Source: Zygophlyctis sp. KS116
Taxonomy: Eukaryota > Fungi > Chytridiomycota
Reading direction: 5' to 3'
Length of the DNA: 32,000 bases
NCBI GenBank assembly: GCA_054661495.1
Contig: BAAFSQ010000081.1
Location: 6,651-38,650, forward strand
Part shown: one piece after another, positions 1-11,548 of the stretch
Numbering within the stretch: the first letter of the stretch is position 1
Layout of the letters: each line of letters starts with the position of its first letter
The notes under the pieces: generated by a model
Databases searched by the model: none
Seen by the model: only the letters and a program-made list of their open reading frames with translations
Told to the model about the DNA's origin: nothing
Program-made: the position numbers and the translations under genes

Positions 1-576
1 GGACCAACAGGACAACTAAATATAAAAAATTTGTAATTACGCTATTACAAACAGTTTTGCACGATTAGTTGGACCAACACCCAATGATTCCTGTGTACCA
101 ATTGCTGTTGGTCGAATATACAATGAATAGCCTCTTTGATCAGGAATCCACCGTTCTTCCACCTTTAAAAATTCCTTTATACATTGCAACAATTGCTGTT
201 TATCAAACGAGGGCAACGCTAATCTTTGACAAGACTTTAATAGCCTGGACATATTCATTCCTGGACGAAATAATCGTATTCTTCCTTCCTTATCCTTGTA
301 TGCCTTCATTCCTTCAAAGCATTCTATACCATAATGAAGACAAACAGATGAAGGATCAATAGCCAACTTAGCATACGGACGAATCTGCGGCGTTTCCCAA
401 CCTTTTTGTTACGCTTTGTATTTACCTTTTGTTGCTGACCAATCAATAGTCAGCATATGATCAGTAAATGTTTGACCAAAAACCAATTTAGGCAATGGAG
501 TCAACTCTTTAATAGTTTTTGCCTTGGAAATACTCAACGCCGAAGCACTTAGAGATGAATAACGTTTAATAATCAT
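1..576 (-). CDS. BAT1: Branched-chain amino acid aminotransferase (5' part; continues beyond window start)
   Basis: ATG 576 gives MIIKRYSSLSAS...LVFGQTFTDHML. After a 24-nt intron (425-402): GWETPQIRPY...LHYGIECFEGMKAY...RLFRP...SLYIRPT. After a 25-nt intron (40-16): CPVG. These are class IV aminotransferase/BCAT motifs. Confidence 0.93.
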
Positions 577-584
577 TTTTTGTG

Positions 585-1142
585 TCAAGGCTTTTCAAAT
601 CCAGGAACAGATCTTATAAACTTATCAACCAATGATTCAAATTGTGCATTCTGAATTTTAACTGGATCGGCCAGTTCTAATGGGTTTTTAACAACATATT
701 CCACGTATAGATTATATAGATCTAGTAATACATCTTGTAAATTTGATATCGAATGACTGGTTAAAATTACAAATCTTTGAGAAGAAGGAGTTTCATAGAA
801 ATGTAGTTTGTAAACGTTTGTAGATAACGCCAAGTAACCATTAAACTGATTAGCCAACTTATTTATAATATTCTTTAGAGAAAATACAATTCCATACACC
901 AATTTAGAATCCTGTTCTACCTCTTTAGATTTAATTTCTTCCTCTTGATTATCTATTCCATGAGAGAGAGATTTAGAAGCAATTTGTATATTAGAATGTG
1001 ATAGTTTAGAGACATTAGATGGAGATTCAGTGGTATTTGTTACTGTTGGAGGAGCAACAGTCGAGGAAAGACGACTATTCCATTCTTGATAGTATGTACA
1101 AGAACAGTGGCGATTAAAGATGAAGAGTTTGTAGATTGTCAT
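585..1142 (-). CDS. BET5: TRAPP complex subunit 1 (Bet5/TRAPPC1, sybindin-like) with Ser/Thr-rich insertion
   Basis: MTIYKLFIFNRHCSCTYYQEW...KLVYGIVFSLKNI...YKLHFYETPS...LYVEYVVKNPL; intronless ORF. Confidence 0.9.
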   Translation of the reverse strand: MTIYKLFIFNRHCSCTYYQEWNSRLSSTVAPPTVTNTTESPSNVSKLSHSNIQIASKSLSHGIDNQEEEIKSKEVEQDSKLVYGIVFSLKNIINKLANQFNGYLALSTNVYKLHFYETPSSQRFVILTSHSISNLQDVLLDLYNLYVEYVVKNPLELADPVKIQNAQFESLVDKFIRSVPGFEKP

Positions 1143-1193
1143 TTTTCAATAATTTTACACCAACAATTTTACTTTTTAAATTATGACGATTCA

Positions 1194-1221
1194 TGGTTGA
1201 TGGTTGACGGTTGACGCTTGA
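1194..1221. repeat. Four tandem 7-nt units in the divergent BET5/CFAP65 intergenic region
   Basis: TGGTTGA TGGTTGA CGGTTGA CGCTTGA read directly. Confidence 0.75.
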
Positions 1222-1340
1222 TCCAAAAAATGGGTTAACATAACTGGGATTGATTAAAAATAATCTCAGAGATCAGAGGATCTAATATGCCACACGGCTA
1301 TTAATGATGAGTCGCGCTTATGACAGCGTTCGCGTCGAAA

Positions 1341-4300
1341 ATGATTAGAGAAAGATCAGAACAGCCAACAGTTTTACGCTCACAGTCAAATTCACCACAT
1401 GTGTCTGTGAGGCATTCGATGAGAGCTCCATTAGTGCCGACTCCCAATCGTCGTGAAAGAAGATGCGAGTTTGGTATTGATATGTTGGAATCAGTGGTGT
1501 TCGGACATTGGTAAAATATTCTTTTTCATTATCTTAGGGAACCTGGTGGCGAGAATGTAAAACAATTGATAGTTAAAAATGTACTCATGAAAACTCAAAA
1601 GATTAAATATAAACTCCCAAAAACTAGATATTTTTCAATGGAATTTCCAAAAACTGTTACATTGTCTGCTGGGATGAGTTGGACGATTCCAATTACATTT
1701 AGACCATTGGCAAAAGTAATTTAGATTTTTAACAATTAGGAGATTTATAATGATTTTGTAGAATTTACAACAAGTTTTGGAAAATTTAATCTTCCAATCA
1801 AGGCAGTGCTGCCAGAACATGTTTTGGAATTTCCAAAACTTATAGATTTTGAATATTGCCCGGTTAAAGAAACAGCAACGAAAACCTTTGTACTTAAGAA
1901 TACTGGTGAACTTGGTACGTCTTTTGAATGGGAAGTCTCCAATCCTTTTTCTATAATTCCTCAAAAAGGTTTTTTAGAATCAGGAAATCAAGCAATAATA
2001 AAAGTACAGTTTGATCCAAAGGTAAAAAATGTTGTATTTAATGTTAGATGGCTTGCTTTTTAGAAGCGACTGCATTATGTGTATTTGGGGATAAATCAAG
2101 ATGGGAAAAAACTAAATCAGCTAAATCATTGAAAATTTCTGGTGTTGGAAAGTTTTCATTTTTAAGTATTGGAAAAGGGGATGGCATTTTCAATTTTGAA
2201 AGTGTATTTGTTGGAAAATCAGCCTCAAAAACTTTTAATTTACAAAACCCATCGCTGGTAAAGAATGATATTCTTTTAAAACATAGGTTGAAGCTAAATT
2301 TTCAATTAAAGGTACTGAATTGGAATCCGAATCATATTTTGAATTTTCAACGTATTCTGGAATTATTCCGCCTAATGCAAAAGTAGAAATTTCTGTAAAT
2401 ATCAAATAAGCTTATTCTTAGATAACGTTTAAACCTGTAGCCGCAGGTATTGACTCAACTGAATATTTTACAATTTATTCAGTTTCTGGGAATAGTGTTC
2501 GTATAACATGTACTGGGATGGGAATCGGTACATAATTTTTTCTAATTATTTCTAGGTCCTTGTCTGGTATTAAGTAGTAATGTAGTAAATTTTGGTGATG
2601 TTGTTGCCGGTCAAACTGTAACAAGATCATTGACAATACAAAATACTACAAATAGCATTTCTTTTTATCAGTTTTTAACTGAAAAAAATGGAGTATTTCG
2701 GATTGATAAGCCTTTTGGAACATTGAAGCCATTTTCTTCTCTGGTGCTCACATTGAAGTTTTCTGCGACTGAACCAATTAATTATTATAAAAGAATATTC
2801 TGTCTAGTAGAAAATCAAGATGGATTGGTATTTTTGCTTTCTAAAGATAGTATGTTGATCTCATTGGAACTGTATACACAGATAAAAGACGGCCTCCAAC
2901 TTTTTCACCTAAATTCCTACTTAATTACCAAGAAAGAGTCAAAAACGGATTATGGAATTATGGTCCTGAACATCTAGAAGATATGCTCAAAAATGATATT
3001 GTGAAATGCAATGATGGAAAATGGTCATTTGTAAATCCTGAAGACCAGGCCCAAGCACGTAATATCTAGTGTTCTAACATTTTAAGTAATACAAAAACCA
3101 CTTGATCAAAATTATGATTTTGACAAAGTCGGCAGTGAATACTTTTTTGCAAATTCTGGTGCTAATCTTCCATGCACTCTTTTGGATACATATGTTGAAT
3201 TTGGATCTTGCTCGCGGTATAGAATGGTCGAGTCACAGCCAATAAGAATTACCAACAATACAACAGGAAAAATGAGCTGTGTCTGGGTGATGCCCGGCGA
3301 AGCTACAGGGTACTTCAATATCATTTAAAGTTCAAGAGAAGAATCACCATTTGTCGTTTCGCCAAATTTTGCAGATATTCCAGCAAAATCAACGACTGAA
3401 TTTAGAGTTCACTTTAGACCCACCATCGAGAATTCTTTTTATGGTGTTCAACTGGAATGCTTTGTATTTTTCAAATCAATGCGAAGTTTTCGCTTGGTAA
3501 ATGATGATACATTCACTCCACCATGGTGTTTGACACCTTTAGTCTCTGGAAACACGATACCAATTGGTGAGGATACATTTATTCCAAAGGTGACATTTGG
3601 GGAAACTCGGCTAGATTTTCCTGCTTGTCAAGTTCATCGTTCAATCTATCGAACTGTGAGAGTAACCAATACAGGGGATACTCCTGTTCGATTTTCTTTT
3701 CCAGATACCAAAGCTCAAAATAATGATTATGAAAAAGCTACTATTTTTGCCGTAAAGCCACGAGTTGGAATGTTAGATAGCAATGAATCACGGCTCATTC
3801 TATTTCGATTTTCTCCTACGGAACAGAAAATTTACAAAAATGTACTTAAATGCCAATTCAATTCAGCTCTGACAAACGCTCATGTAGGCAATTTAATCTA
3901 ATATTGTTAGGATTTAGAAGTCAGAGGGGAAGGTTGGCTACCCAAATTAACATTTGATAATGGTGGACTACTTCGATATCGACCTACCTGCATAGGATCG
4001 ATATCTGAGAAGAGATTCATGACACATAATTCTTCGAAAATAGTATTATATTATGAGGTAATGTGTTTCTAATTTATAATTAGTGGAAAATACCCACTCA
4101 GTATCAATCATTCATTTCAATTAGTCCTTTGAAAGGTAAGCTGGCACCAAGTGAGACTGTTAAAATGACTTGTGTGTTTTATCCAAAAGACAATCAGAGC
4201 TGGGTCTTGAAAATCCCGTGTTATTATTATCATACGTGCAAAGAATCAGGGAATACTTCAATAATTTCCTTGGAGAAAAAATCCACTCTATCTATTCTTT

Positions 4301-6877
4301 GCTCTGGAGCTTATGGAACGATAACATGTGAGCCAAAAAATATCGATTTTGGAGTGATTTTGGTAAATACGGTCTGTGAAAAGGAGATAATTCTGTACAA
4401 TTCTAGCGAATGTGACTTGAATTACACTCTGGGAATACTTGAGCAGCAGGAAGAAGGCGTATTTTCAAAGATCGAATCTAATTCAAAAAGTTTTATTCCT
4501 CCAAATCTAAGCGTTTGCTCAAGCATTCCCTTGGAATGCCTTTCAGCGTCCCAATATATATCAGAGATTTTGCCAGCGCGATCAAAACAAGTTTTGAAAC
4601 TCCGGGCTCAACCAAAGGAGAATCGAATTTATAACTTTAGACTGTTTTATTCTCTTGTGGCAAAAAATAGTGATTCAAATGATGAATCTCCTCTTAATTT
4701 AATATGTGATGTTTTGGCTAAAGGAGTTCAGCCCTTGGTACAAATTATGGATGTAAAATCAGAAGGCTGGAGTAAATCTATTTTATGGAGACTACTTTCC
4801 TTAGACTTATTAAATTCTTCATTAAGATCCATCAGTACTGATCCAATGGCATATGCTGAATTCTCTATTGACAAGCCGATGCAGACTAATATAGGAGATG
4901 GTTTTAAGAAGGATTTCAAAGAGATAATATCATTTGATTTTGGAGCTGCCCAAGTCGGATACCACCCAACAAGTATTAGCCTGGTTTTGAAAAATGATGG
5001 ACAAGTGCCTGTCGATTGGGGATTCTATTTTCCTAATGATTTACAAGTTGATTTGGAAGAATGGGCTGATTCAGGTGAATATACAGAAGATCAGCTTCAC
5101 GAAAATTTAATCATTGATAACAATTTATTTCAAATAACTCCAAAAAGTGGGCATTTAGAACCTGGGGAATCAAATCATATTTTGCTCTCGCACACCCACG
5201 AGTTTGCCGGCTTTCATAAATTACCTGTACTTTTTAAGCTCAAAAATGGGTATTCTCGCTCCGGCAAAGAATTACTCATTAATTTTTTTGGCCATTCTGT
5301 AATTAAATCAAAACAGTTCCTGCAAATACCAATATCTCAATATTCATTTGAACCTATTGAGGTAGGGGATACGCACCCGCCGGTGCAGATGTATCGTATG
5401 ATAAACAAAAGCAGCACACCGTTAAAATATGAAGTGGGCGCTAAGGTGCTTGAAACTCTTAAATTAAGCAACTCTGGTTTTGAAATTTTACACTGTGCCA
5501 ATATGAAAGGCGTAATTCCAGCTAATGGTATTGGATTCCTAGAATGGATCTTTCGGCCACTTTCGAATGCCTCCCATAACATCGAAGTCCCTATATCTAT
5601 AAAAAATGGGCAAACAAGAGTCATATCTTTTTCTGCGTCAGGTTATTCAGATGACTTAGAAGTAGCGAAACAGAAGAAAGACCCAAAATTATATCCCGAT
5701 TCTGTACCAATACTTCCAATGCTTGATTTTGTGCGTGAGACTGCAGTACTTTCTCTCGAACGTCTTAATTTTGGGCATTCTCCTTTGGGTGCCTCTTTGA
5801 GACGAATTGTAGTGGTTCAAAATACATCTAATGATTCTGAAATTGTTTTCAGATGGAGAATCCCGGAATTCTGGGAATCAAAAGGTATGGTTTTAATTTT
5901 AAATTGACGATAGTTATTAGAGTTTCTCCGACAACAGGAATTTTGAAGGCGAATGAATCAAAAGTTTGTAAAGTAACATTCTGTCCCAAATTTATACCGA
6001 AAATATATGATCTCGATTTATATTGTGAAATCACCGATAAGAACTGCATGGTAATTTTCTAAATTTTATATTAGGACGAATATTTGGGGAAAAAAGAAAT
6101 TGAAGAGAAAACTCGGAAGGAGATTTTGGACATGGAGGGTGGAGTCATCTCATGTGATGCATTAAATTCTTCCAATAACCTGATTTCTAACTCAGAATTA
6201 AACAAGTATAAAGCTCTTCCGCCAATAGGGGAAAGCAGTTTGCAAGTTAACGATATAAATAGATCAAAGTCTGAAGAATGTAAATATGATTATTTTTTAA
6301 TTGTAGCCATACCGGAAGAAGTCGCTCCTCCCACTTCTTACGACCTGATTCTTACAATCAAAACGAGAACTTATAATTTTGATGATTTCAGAGACAGATT
6401 TCACGGATATGAAGCCTTTCATTTTGAAAAACCCACAATTAGATATACTCCTGTTGACGAAGTTTATGATGATACAGTAAGTTAAAATTACATTCCTTAT
6501 AATAGATCATGATTGATTCCGTCAAAGATGTTATGTTTTCCATTCTTGATAATCTATTCTTGGATCCAGACATTAGAAACATTGTGAATGAGCCTTCGTA
6601 TTTCCCATTTTACGCTCAAATCGTTTCTAACGGTAGAAATGGAATTTTCTCTGAAACAGAGCAAAATAAAACAAAGTCCGGACTAGTCAAATGGAATCCT
6701 TTCAACGATACCGCTGTAGACATTAATCACAAATACAAAAAAATTGACATTCTCAATACATCAGAGTTTCAAAACCTGGCAGAATCTATTTTGGAAGCAA
6801 CAATCTACAATTTGATGCAAGAAGCAAACGCTGAAGAATTCGACATAACAAAATACCCAATGCTTTTCCAAATATAA
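1341..6877 (+). CDS. CFAP65: Cilia- and flagella-associated protein 65 (CCDC108), multiple ASH/MSP Ig-like repeats; about 16 exons
   Basis: Spliced N-terminus WEPGGENVKQLIVKNVLMKTQKIKYKLPKTRYF...LSAGMSWTIPITFRP, plus MRSFRLVND..FTPPWCLT and EEWAD motifs, match CFAP65. Introns: 1511-1537, 1716-1739, 2022-2047, 2258-2286, 2395-2421, 2528-2555, 2828-2850, 3059-3086, 3310-3336, 3884-3910, 4058-4083, 5885-5913, 6051-6074, (6280-6306), 6477-6505. Start may be 1320. Confidence 0.9.
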
Positions 6878-7693
6878 CTATTTATTTTTAAATTTGCTCT
6901 CCCATTCATTTTTAACCTTCTTAAATATTAACATTGCAACCTTAGCATCTTCAACTGAACAGTGTTTTCCACTTTGAATTTCTAATCCTAACAACTCTTT
7001 TGCCAGTGTTTTAAGAGCAGGGTGTTTGCCTTTGGCATATTTCTTAAAAGGTAAATATTTTGAAGTATCTCTTGTCATATTAGCAGGGTGTTTCAGCATT
7101 AAAACTTTTAAGTCATTTTTTAAAGCATGGCCCACCAGAATTCTATCTTTTAAAAGATTTGCAATTTTCAATTGTACATCTTCAAAATTCGATGCATTCT
7201 TTAGATGATGAGGGTAAACTCCAGAGACCCAACTTCTATAATCAGTAATTCTTTCTTTAGCCTTGACGTATTCATCTAGCACTGTGCTTCCGTGGAAATT
7301 GACTATTGATACTCTGGCCAACACAGAGATAGAGCCATCTAATCCAGTTCCAACCATTTCACAATCTATTCCTAAATATTTTCCGATTTTTTGTGTATTC
7401 TTTGGTGCATAGCTCGTTATGACTGAAGGTGTATGCATTATCTGATCTAAAATTTGCATTTGTTCCAATGACTCTTTCTGAATAGATGAATCTTTTTGAA
7501 TAGATGAATCTTTTTGAATGGATGACTCTTTTTGAATGAATGCCTGTTTCTGATCGCATATCTTTTTTTCCGGATGCTTTTGAACCAATGGCATTTCTAT
7601 GCTTTTTACTGTTCTTTTCTTTTTGGGCTTCACTACAGATTTGCTTTTTTTAATTCCAAGGATTGAGTCAACAATGTCATCTACTTTCTGCAT
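6878..7693 (-). CDS. REX4: RNA exonuclease 4 (DEDDh)
   Basis: KYLGIDCEMVG, LARVSIVN, TDYRSWVSG, ILVGHALKNDL, HCSVEDA. ATG 7693 is in an A-rich context; a possible upstream exon starts at 7804. Confidence 0.92.
   Translation of the reverse strand: MQKVDDIVDSILGIKKSKSVVKPKKKRTVKSIEMPLVQKHPEKKICDQKQAFIQKESSIQKDSSIQKDSSIQKESLEQMQILDQIMHTPSVITSYAPKNTQKIGKYLGIDCEMVGTGLDGSISVLARVSIVNFHGSTVLDEYVKAKERITDYRSWVSGVYPHHLKNASNFEDVQLKIANLLKDRILVGHALKNDLKVLMLKHPANMTRDTSKYLPFKKYAKGKHPALKTLAKELLGLEIQSGKHCSVEDAKVAMLIFKKVKNEWESKFKNK
7468..7539 (-). repeat. 4 x 18-nt coding tandem repeat in REX4 N-terminus (IQKESS/IQKDSS)
   Basis: Plus-strand units ATGACTCTTTCTGAATAG / ATGAATCTTTTTGAATAG / ATGAATCTTTTTGAATGG / ATGACTCTTTTTGAATGA. 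Confidence 0.85.
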
Positions 7694-7843
7694 TATTTTT
7701 TTTGTGAAAATTTTCAAAGACGCATTAGGTCCAAAACTTAAATTATGCGCTACTGATCTAAAACATTAGAAAATCAGATTACAAATATACCTTGTTATTT
7801 CCATTATATAAACACACTACCTTGCATTCAAATACATCAAGGT

Positions 7844-8837
7844 CTATGTTGAATAAAACAGCAAATAACTTGATCCCTTTGAATCATTTAAAAACAATTG
7901 TAAATCTTGTTGAATACTCTAGTATTTATAAATATATGAAATTACTGTAACTGTATCATCATCAACCAAAAACCATTCATCATCCTTTTTAACAATACTT
8001 ACATAATGTCCATGATGAGGTCCACTTCCTACATGTATAATTACAGATACTAAGCTATAAGGCCTATTCCCAAGATTTAGTAAAAGTGGATACGGAACTG
8101 AATCTAAAATCTTTACAAATTTTTGTACTTTAGCAGAGTACTTAAATCTCTTTAAATGAATTACTAGAATTGGAGGAAAATTATTAACTACAATTCAAGA
8201 AATTAGATTATAGTATATACCTTTTTCTAGCTTCCTGATACGATCCTCCACAATCTCCTTCACAAAAAAACTTATTTTTCCCATCCAATAATTCATATTT
8301 TTCAAATTCCTTTAAACAGTTTACTAGTCCATCTTCTTTAATTTCTAAAGACAAATCTATAAATTCCTCATCTCTAGATGTAATATTTTCACAAGTCAAA
8401 CATGTAGTACTTGTAGTTGTTGAACCTGTAAACAATTTCTGAGCCCAAGAATTTACTTTTTGAGCCTTTAAATTTCCAGAGTCCTGATGAGAGTCTATAG
8501 TAGTAGATATAGATGATAAATCTTGAATGATATAGTTTAGAGTGAAATTAAACATTTCCTGTGCATCCTGATGGCTCATATTCCTAAAATTTGAAAATTC
8601 CTTTTTTAGATTGTATACAAAGTCTTCCGGTGCAACATAAGATTTCCTTGCAGCTTTAATTTTTAGAAACAATTGTTTTAGTGAAATCGTTAGAGATTTT
8701 GGTGAATTTTCCAATAATAAATTGTCTCTAAACAGCGACAAATGAAATAGACATTGCAAGACTGAATTTATATAACAAGTATTCCCAAAATTCTCTAGAC
8801 CGACCACAGGTACTGGTTTATTTAGCCATTTGAACAT
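7844..8837 (-). CDS. Ubiquitin-specific protease (USP12/USP46/CreB-like)
   Basis: Cys box GLENFGNTCYINSVLQCL, HQDAQE, PPILVIHLKRF, His box HVGSGPHHGHYVS, WFLVDDD, SYLLFY. Introns 8220-8196 (apparent GT..TG) and 7945-7919. Confidence 0.88.
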
Positions 8838-9038
8838 TTTTAAGTTTTGTCCTTGAAAATTATTTAAAATCGGACAATTTACAATTATTTTCTTGTTAAA
8901 ATCAGACAAATCGTCTTTTGAACAAATGAATAACATTCTTCTCCATGGCGCATGGCCCCTATGCTATGATAGTATATACTGGAACCAACAGATCTGAAAC
9001 TGATTCGAGTCTGTCCGATAACCTCAACCTATTGTATC

Positions 9039-9348
9039 ATGTTTGATCTATACGTTTATTCAGGACTCTTGGCAATCGGTGGTGCGATTGGATATTTAAA
9101 GGCAGGGTCTACTGTGTCACTAGGAATGGGATTAATATCCTCAGGACTGGTTTATGTCGGTATAATTTTCAAGAAAAAGGGAAATTCGGTGCCTTTAGCG
9201 GTAGAAGGATTTAGAGTAATAATATTAGATTATATCAGGGCTTTTGCTATTGATCATGGGTAACAAGTTTATTAAGTCGGGAAAATGGATGCCTGCAGGT
9301 ATTGTTACAATTTATTCTGGTTATGTACTTATAAAGTCATTGATCTGA
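9039..9348 (+). CDS. TMEM14 family small membrane protein
   Basis: YSGLLAIGGAIGYLKAGSTVSLGMG; intron 9201-9228; then ...MGNKFIKSGKWMPAGIV. Confidence 0.88.
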
Positions 9349-9400
9349 AAAATCATGGAGAGGCTAAGAGTGGCGTATTGTTTATTGAATAAATATCAAA

Positions 9401-11479
9401 ATGGAATTGTCTGAGAAGAAGCTCAAAAAGATGTATGAGAAGAATTTAAAGATTCTGAATGAACTAGCAAAGCAAAAGAGTAATAAGACTTGCGCAGATT
9501 GTTCGGCTGCAAATCCAAAGTGGGCATCTTCGAATTTAGGAGTTTTCTTGTGCATAAAGTGTGCTGGATTTCATAGGAAACTGGGATCATCAATCGTTAA
9601 ATCAATTACTTTAGATAATTGGACTAAAGAAGAAATGGAAATTATGATTGATGGAGGAAATGAAATAGTTAATTCAATCTATTTGAATGGGTCGAATAAG
9701 CCATTAGAAGCAGACTTTGATTATATAAAGGACAAATATGAACGTAAAATGTTTGCTAAACAAGCTCAATCGTTTGATAAACATCAAAAATCTGACAAGG
9801 AAACATTATCAATTTTGGAAAATATGGGATTTACAAAGAAATCTATAAACTTGAAAGCTTTGGAATTGGCGGGTGGTGATGTACAGACAGCCATCGAATT
9901 GCTATTATCAGGAGCAGTCGGAGATGTTTCAAGTCCAAAGAAACCAAACAAGGAAATTTCAATTGATACAGCTGATGATAAAATTCAAGAGTTGAGTTTG
10001 CCCAAGTTACCAAACAAAAAGGATATATCACAAACGGATTCAATGGGTGATTCTAGTGAGTCTCTTCAAACAAGAGATTTTAAAATTCCAGATTTGAGAA
10101 TGAGGGAAAATTCAGATATAAAGCAAGATAGTAGTCTGGGTGATAAAGGCAATATGTTTGATACCATTAAAGATGAAAAGATTAAACAGGCTCTGGAGAA
10201 TGCTATTGAACAGCTGGCTTCTTTTGGTTTTAGCGATGCGTCAGACTCAAGGGCTGCTTTGAGACAAGCTAGAGGAGATGTCGAGAAGGCTTTGGGTATT
10301 TTATTAAAATGGAAAGATGAGCGTGCAAAAAGAGAAGATGTCTACAAATCGCAAAGACAGACGGAAGAATCAAAGACAGACAAGCCAAACTTTCTTGGTA
10401 GCATGGATAATATGGCCCCACCCCAAGTCATGGGTAATGGTTTCAAGACTCAGCCCCATCAATTTCAGAATCAGCCCCATCAGTTTCCGACTGAAAGTAT
10501 CTACAAATCTGCACTGCAGTATGAAGTGTCTGGATATATATCACAAGACCCTGTTGCTTTTAAATACGCTCAAACTCAACCAATATCAGTGCAGACATCA
10601 TTTCAAGAACCTCAGTCTACGAATAAATTTATCCAGCCGTCGATGTTACATCAAGCTATACAGAACCCACAAACAATCCAGAATGCTCCTCCACCTACCA
10701 TGTATCAGCCGCAAAACACAATCGATATTTTTTCAGATCAGTTTAATTCACAGCCAATTCTACCCACCAATGGCTGGCCTGAAAGTTCAAAAAACAATCC
10801 TTTTGCTTCTAAGCCGCTTCTACCAGCAGTTACAGCTCAGAATACGTCTTATAATTTTGTTGAAATCTCAAATTCCAATATCCCTAAAGACAGCAATAAT
10901 CTAAAGCAGAAATTAGGCTTTTCAAACGATCTAGCAGATATTTATTTTGGGCTTGACTCTGCTCCAGCAGTACCTGTGAACAAAGCTCCCACTTTTAATG
11001 GCCAGATATTCCCAGTAGACGATAAACAAAATATGCCAGCTCAAAATGTAGCCGGACAGTCAAAGCCCTCAAAAGACATAATAATGAGTCTATACAACAA
11101 CAATGCAGCAAATAACACTCATATCCAAAACAATCCTTTTGCGTTCAATCAGCAACAATCTATGCCACTTAAACCTCAGCATCGCCTCTCATTGGTAAAA
11201 ACCATTAACCCGAATCCATTCGTATTAATGAATGGACTACCGAATGCTACTGATGTTTTGAACTATTCATCACATGCTGGTATTTCTAAAAACGTAAGTT
11301 ATCAGATTCCCAACGGCAGTACCCAAACGAATCCTTCGGGTAGGAATTATCAGTTGGATAATTACTCCGCATCTGCTCTTGGGGTCTCAGAAATCTTTGC
11401 TGCTCCTCCGGCTCTACCCTCTGATAAAGAACGGGCAAATGCTTCACTTTTCTCTGATTTACCAAATTTTAAAAGATAG
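9401..11479 (+). CDS. ArfGAP-domain protein with two UBA domains and NPF motifs (Gts1/SMAP-like endocytic adaptor)
   Basis: CADC-x16-CIKC zinc finger with WASSNLG and GFHR. UBA-like LENMGF...ALELAGGDVQTAIELL and LASFGF...ALRQARGDVEKALGIL. Three NPF motifs in a low-complexity tail. Intronless. Confidence 0.88.
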   Translation: MELSEKKLKKMYEKNLKILNELAKQKSNKTCADCSAANPKWASSNLGVFLCIKCAGFHRKLGSSIVKSITLDNWTKEEMEIMIDGGNEIVNSIYLNGSNKPLEADFDYIKDKYERKMFAKQAQSFDKHQKSDKETLSILENMGFTKKSINLKALELAGGDVQTAIELLLSGAVGDVSSPKKPNKEISIDTADDKIQELSLPKLPNKKDISQTDSMGDSSESLQTRDFKIPDLRMRENSDIKQDSSLGDKGNMFDTIKDEKIKQALENAIEQLASFGFSDASDSRAALRQARGDVEKALGILLKWKDERAKREDVYKSQRQTEESKTDKPNFLGSMDNMAPPQVMGNGFKTQPHQFQNQPHQFPTESIYKSALQYEVSGYISQDPVAFKYAQTQPISVQTSFQEPQSTNKFIQPSMLHQAIQNPQTIQNAPPPTMYQPQNTIDIFSDQFNSQPILPTNGWPESSKNNPFASKPLLPAVTAQNTSYNFVEISNSNIPKDSNNLKQKLGFSNDLADIYFGLDSAPAVPVNKAPTFNGQIFPVDDKQNMPAQNVAGQSKPSKDIIMSLYNNNAANNTHIQNNPFAFNQQQSMPLKPQHRLSLVKTINPNPFVLMNGLPNATDVLNYSSHAGISKNVSYQIPNGSTQTNPSGRNYQLDNYSASALGVSEIFAAPPALPSDKERANASLFSDLPNFKR

Positions 11480-11548
11480 CTCAATAGACAAGATTTCTTA
11501 CTGATATTTGCTCTCTGATTCTAATGATTTTAAAGTCAATTATAGCTT

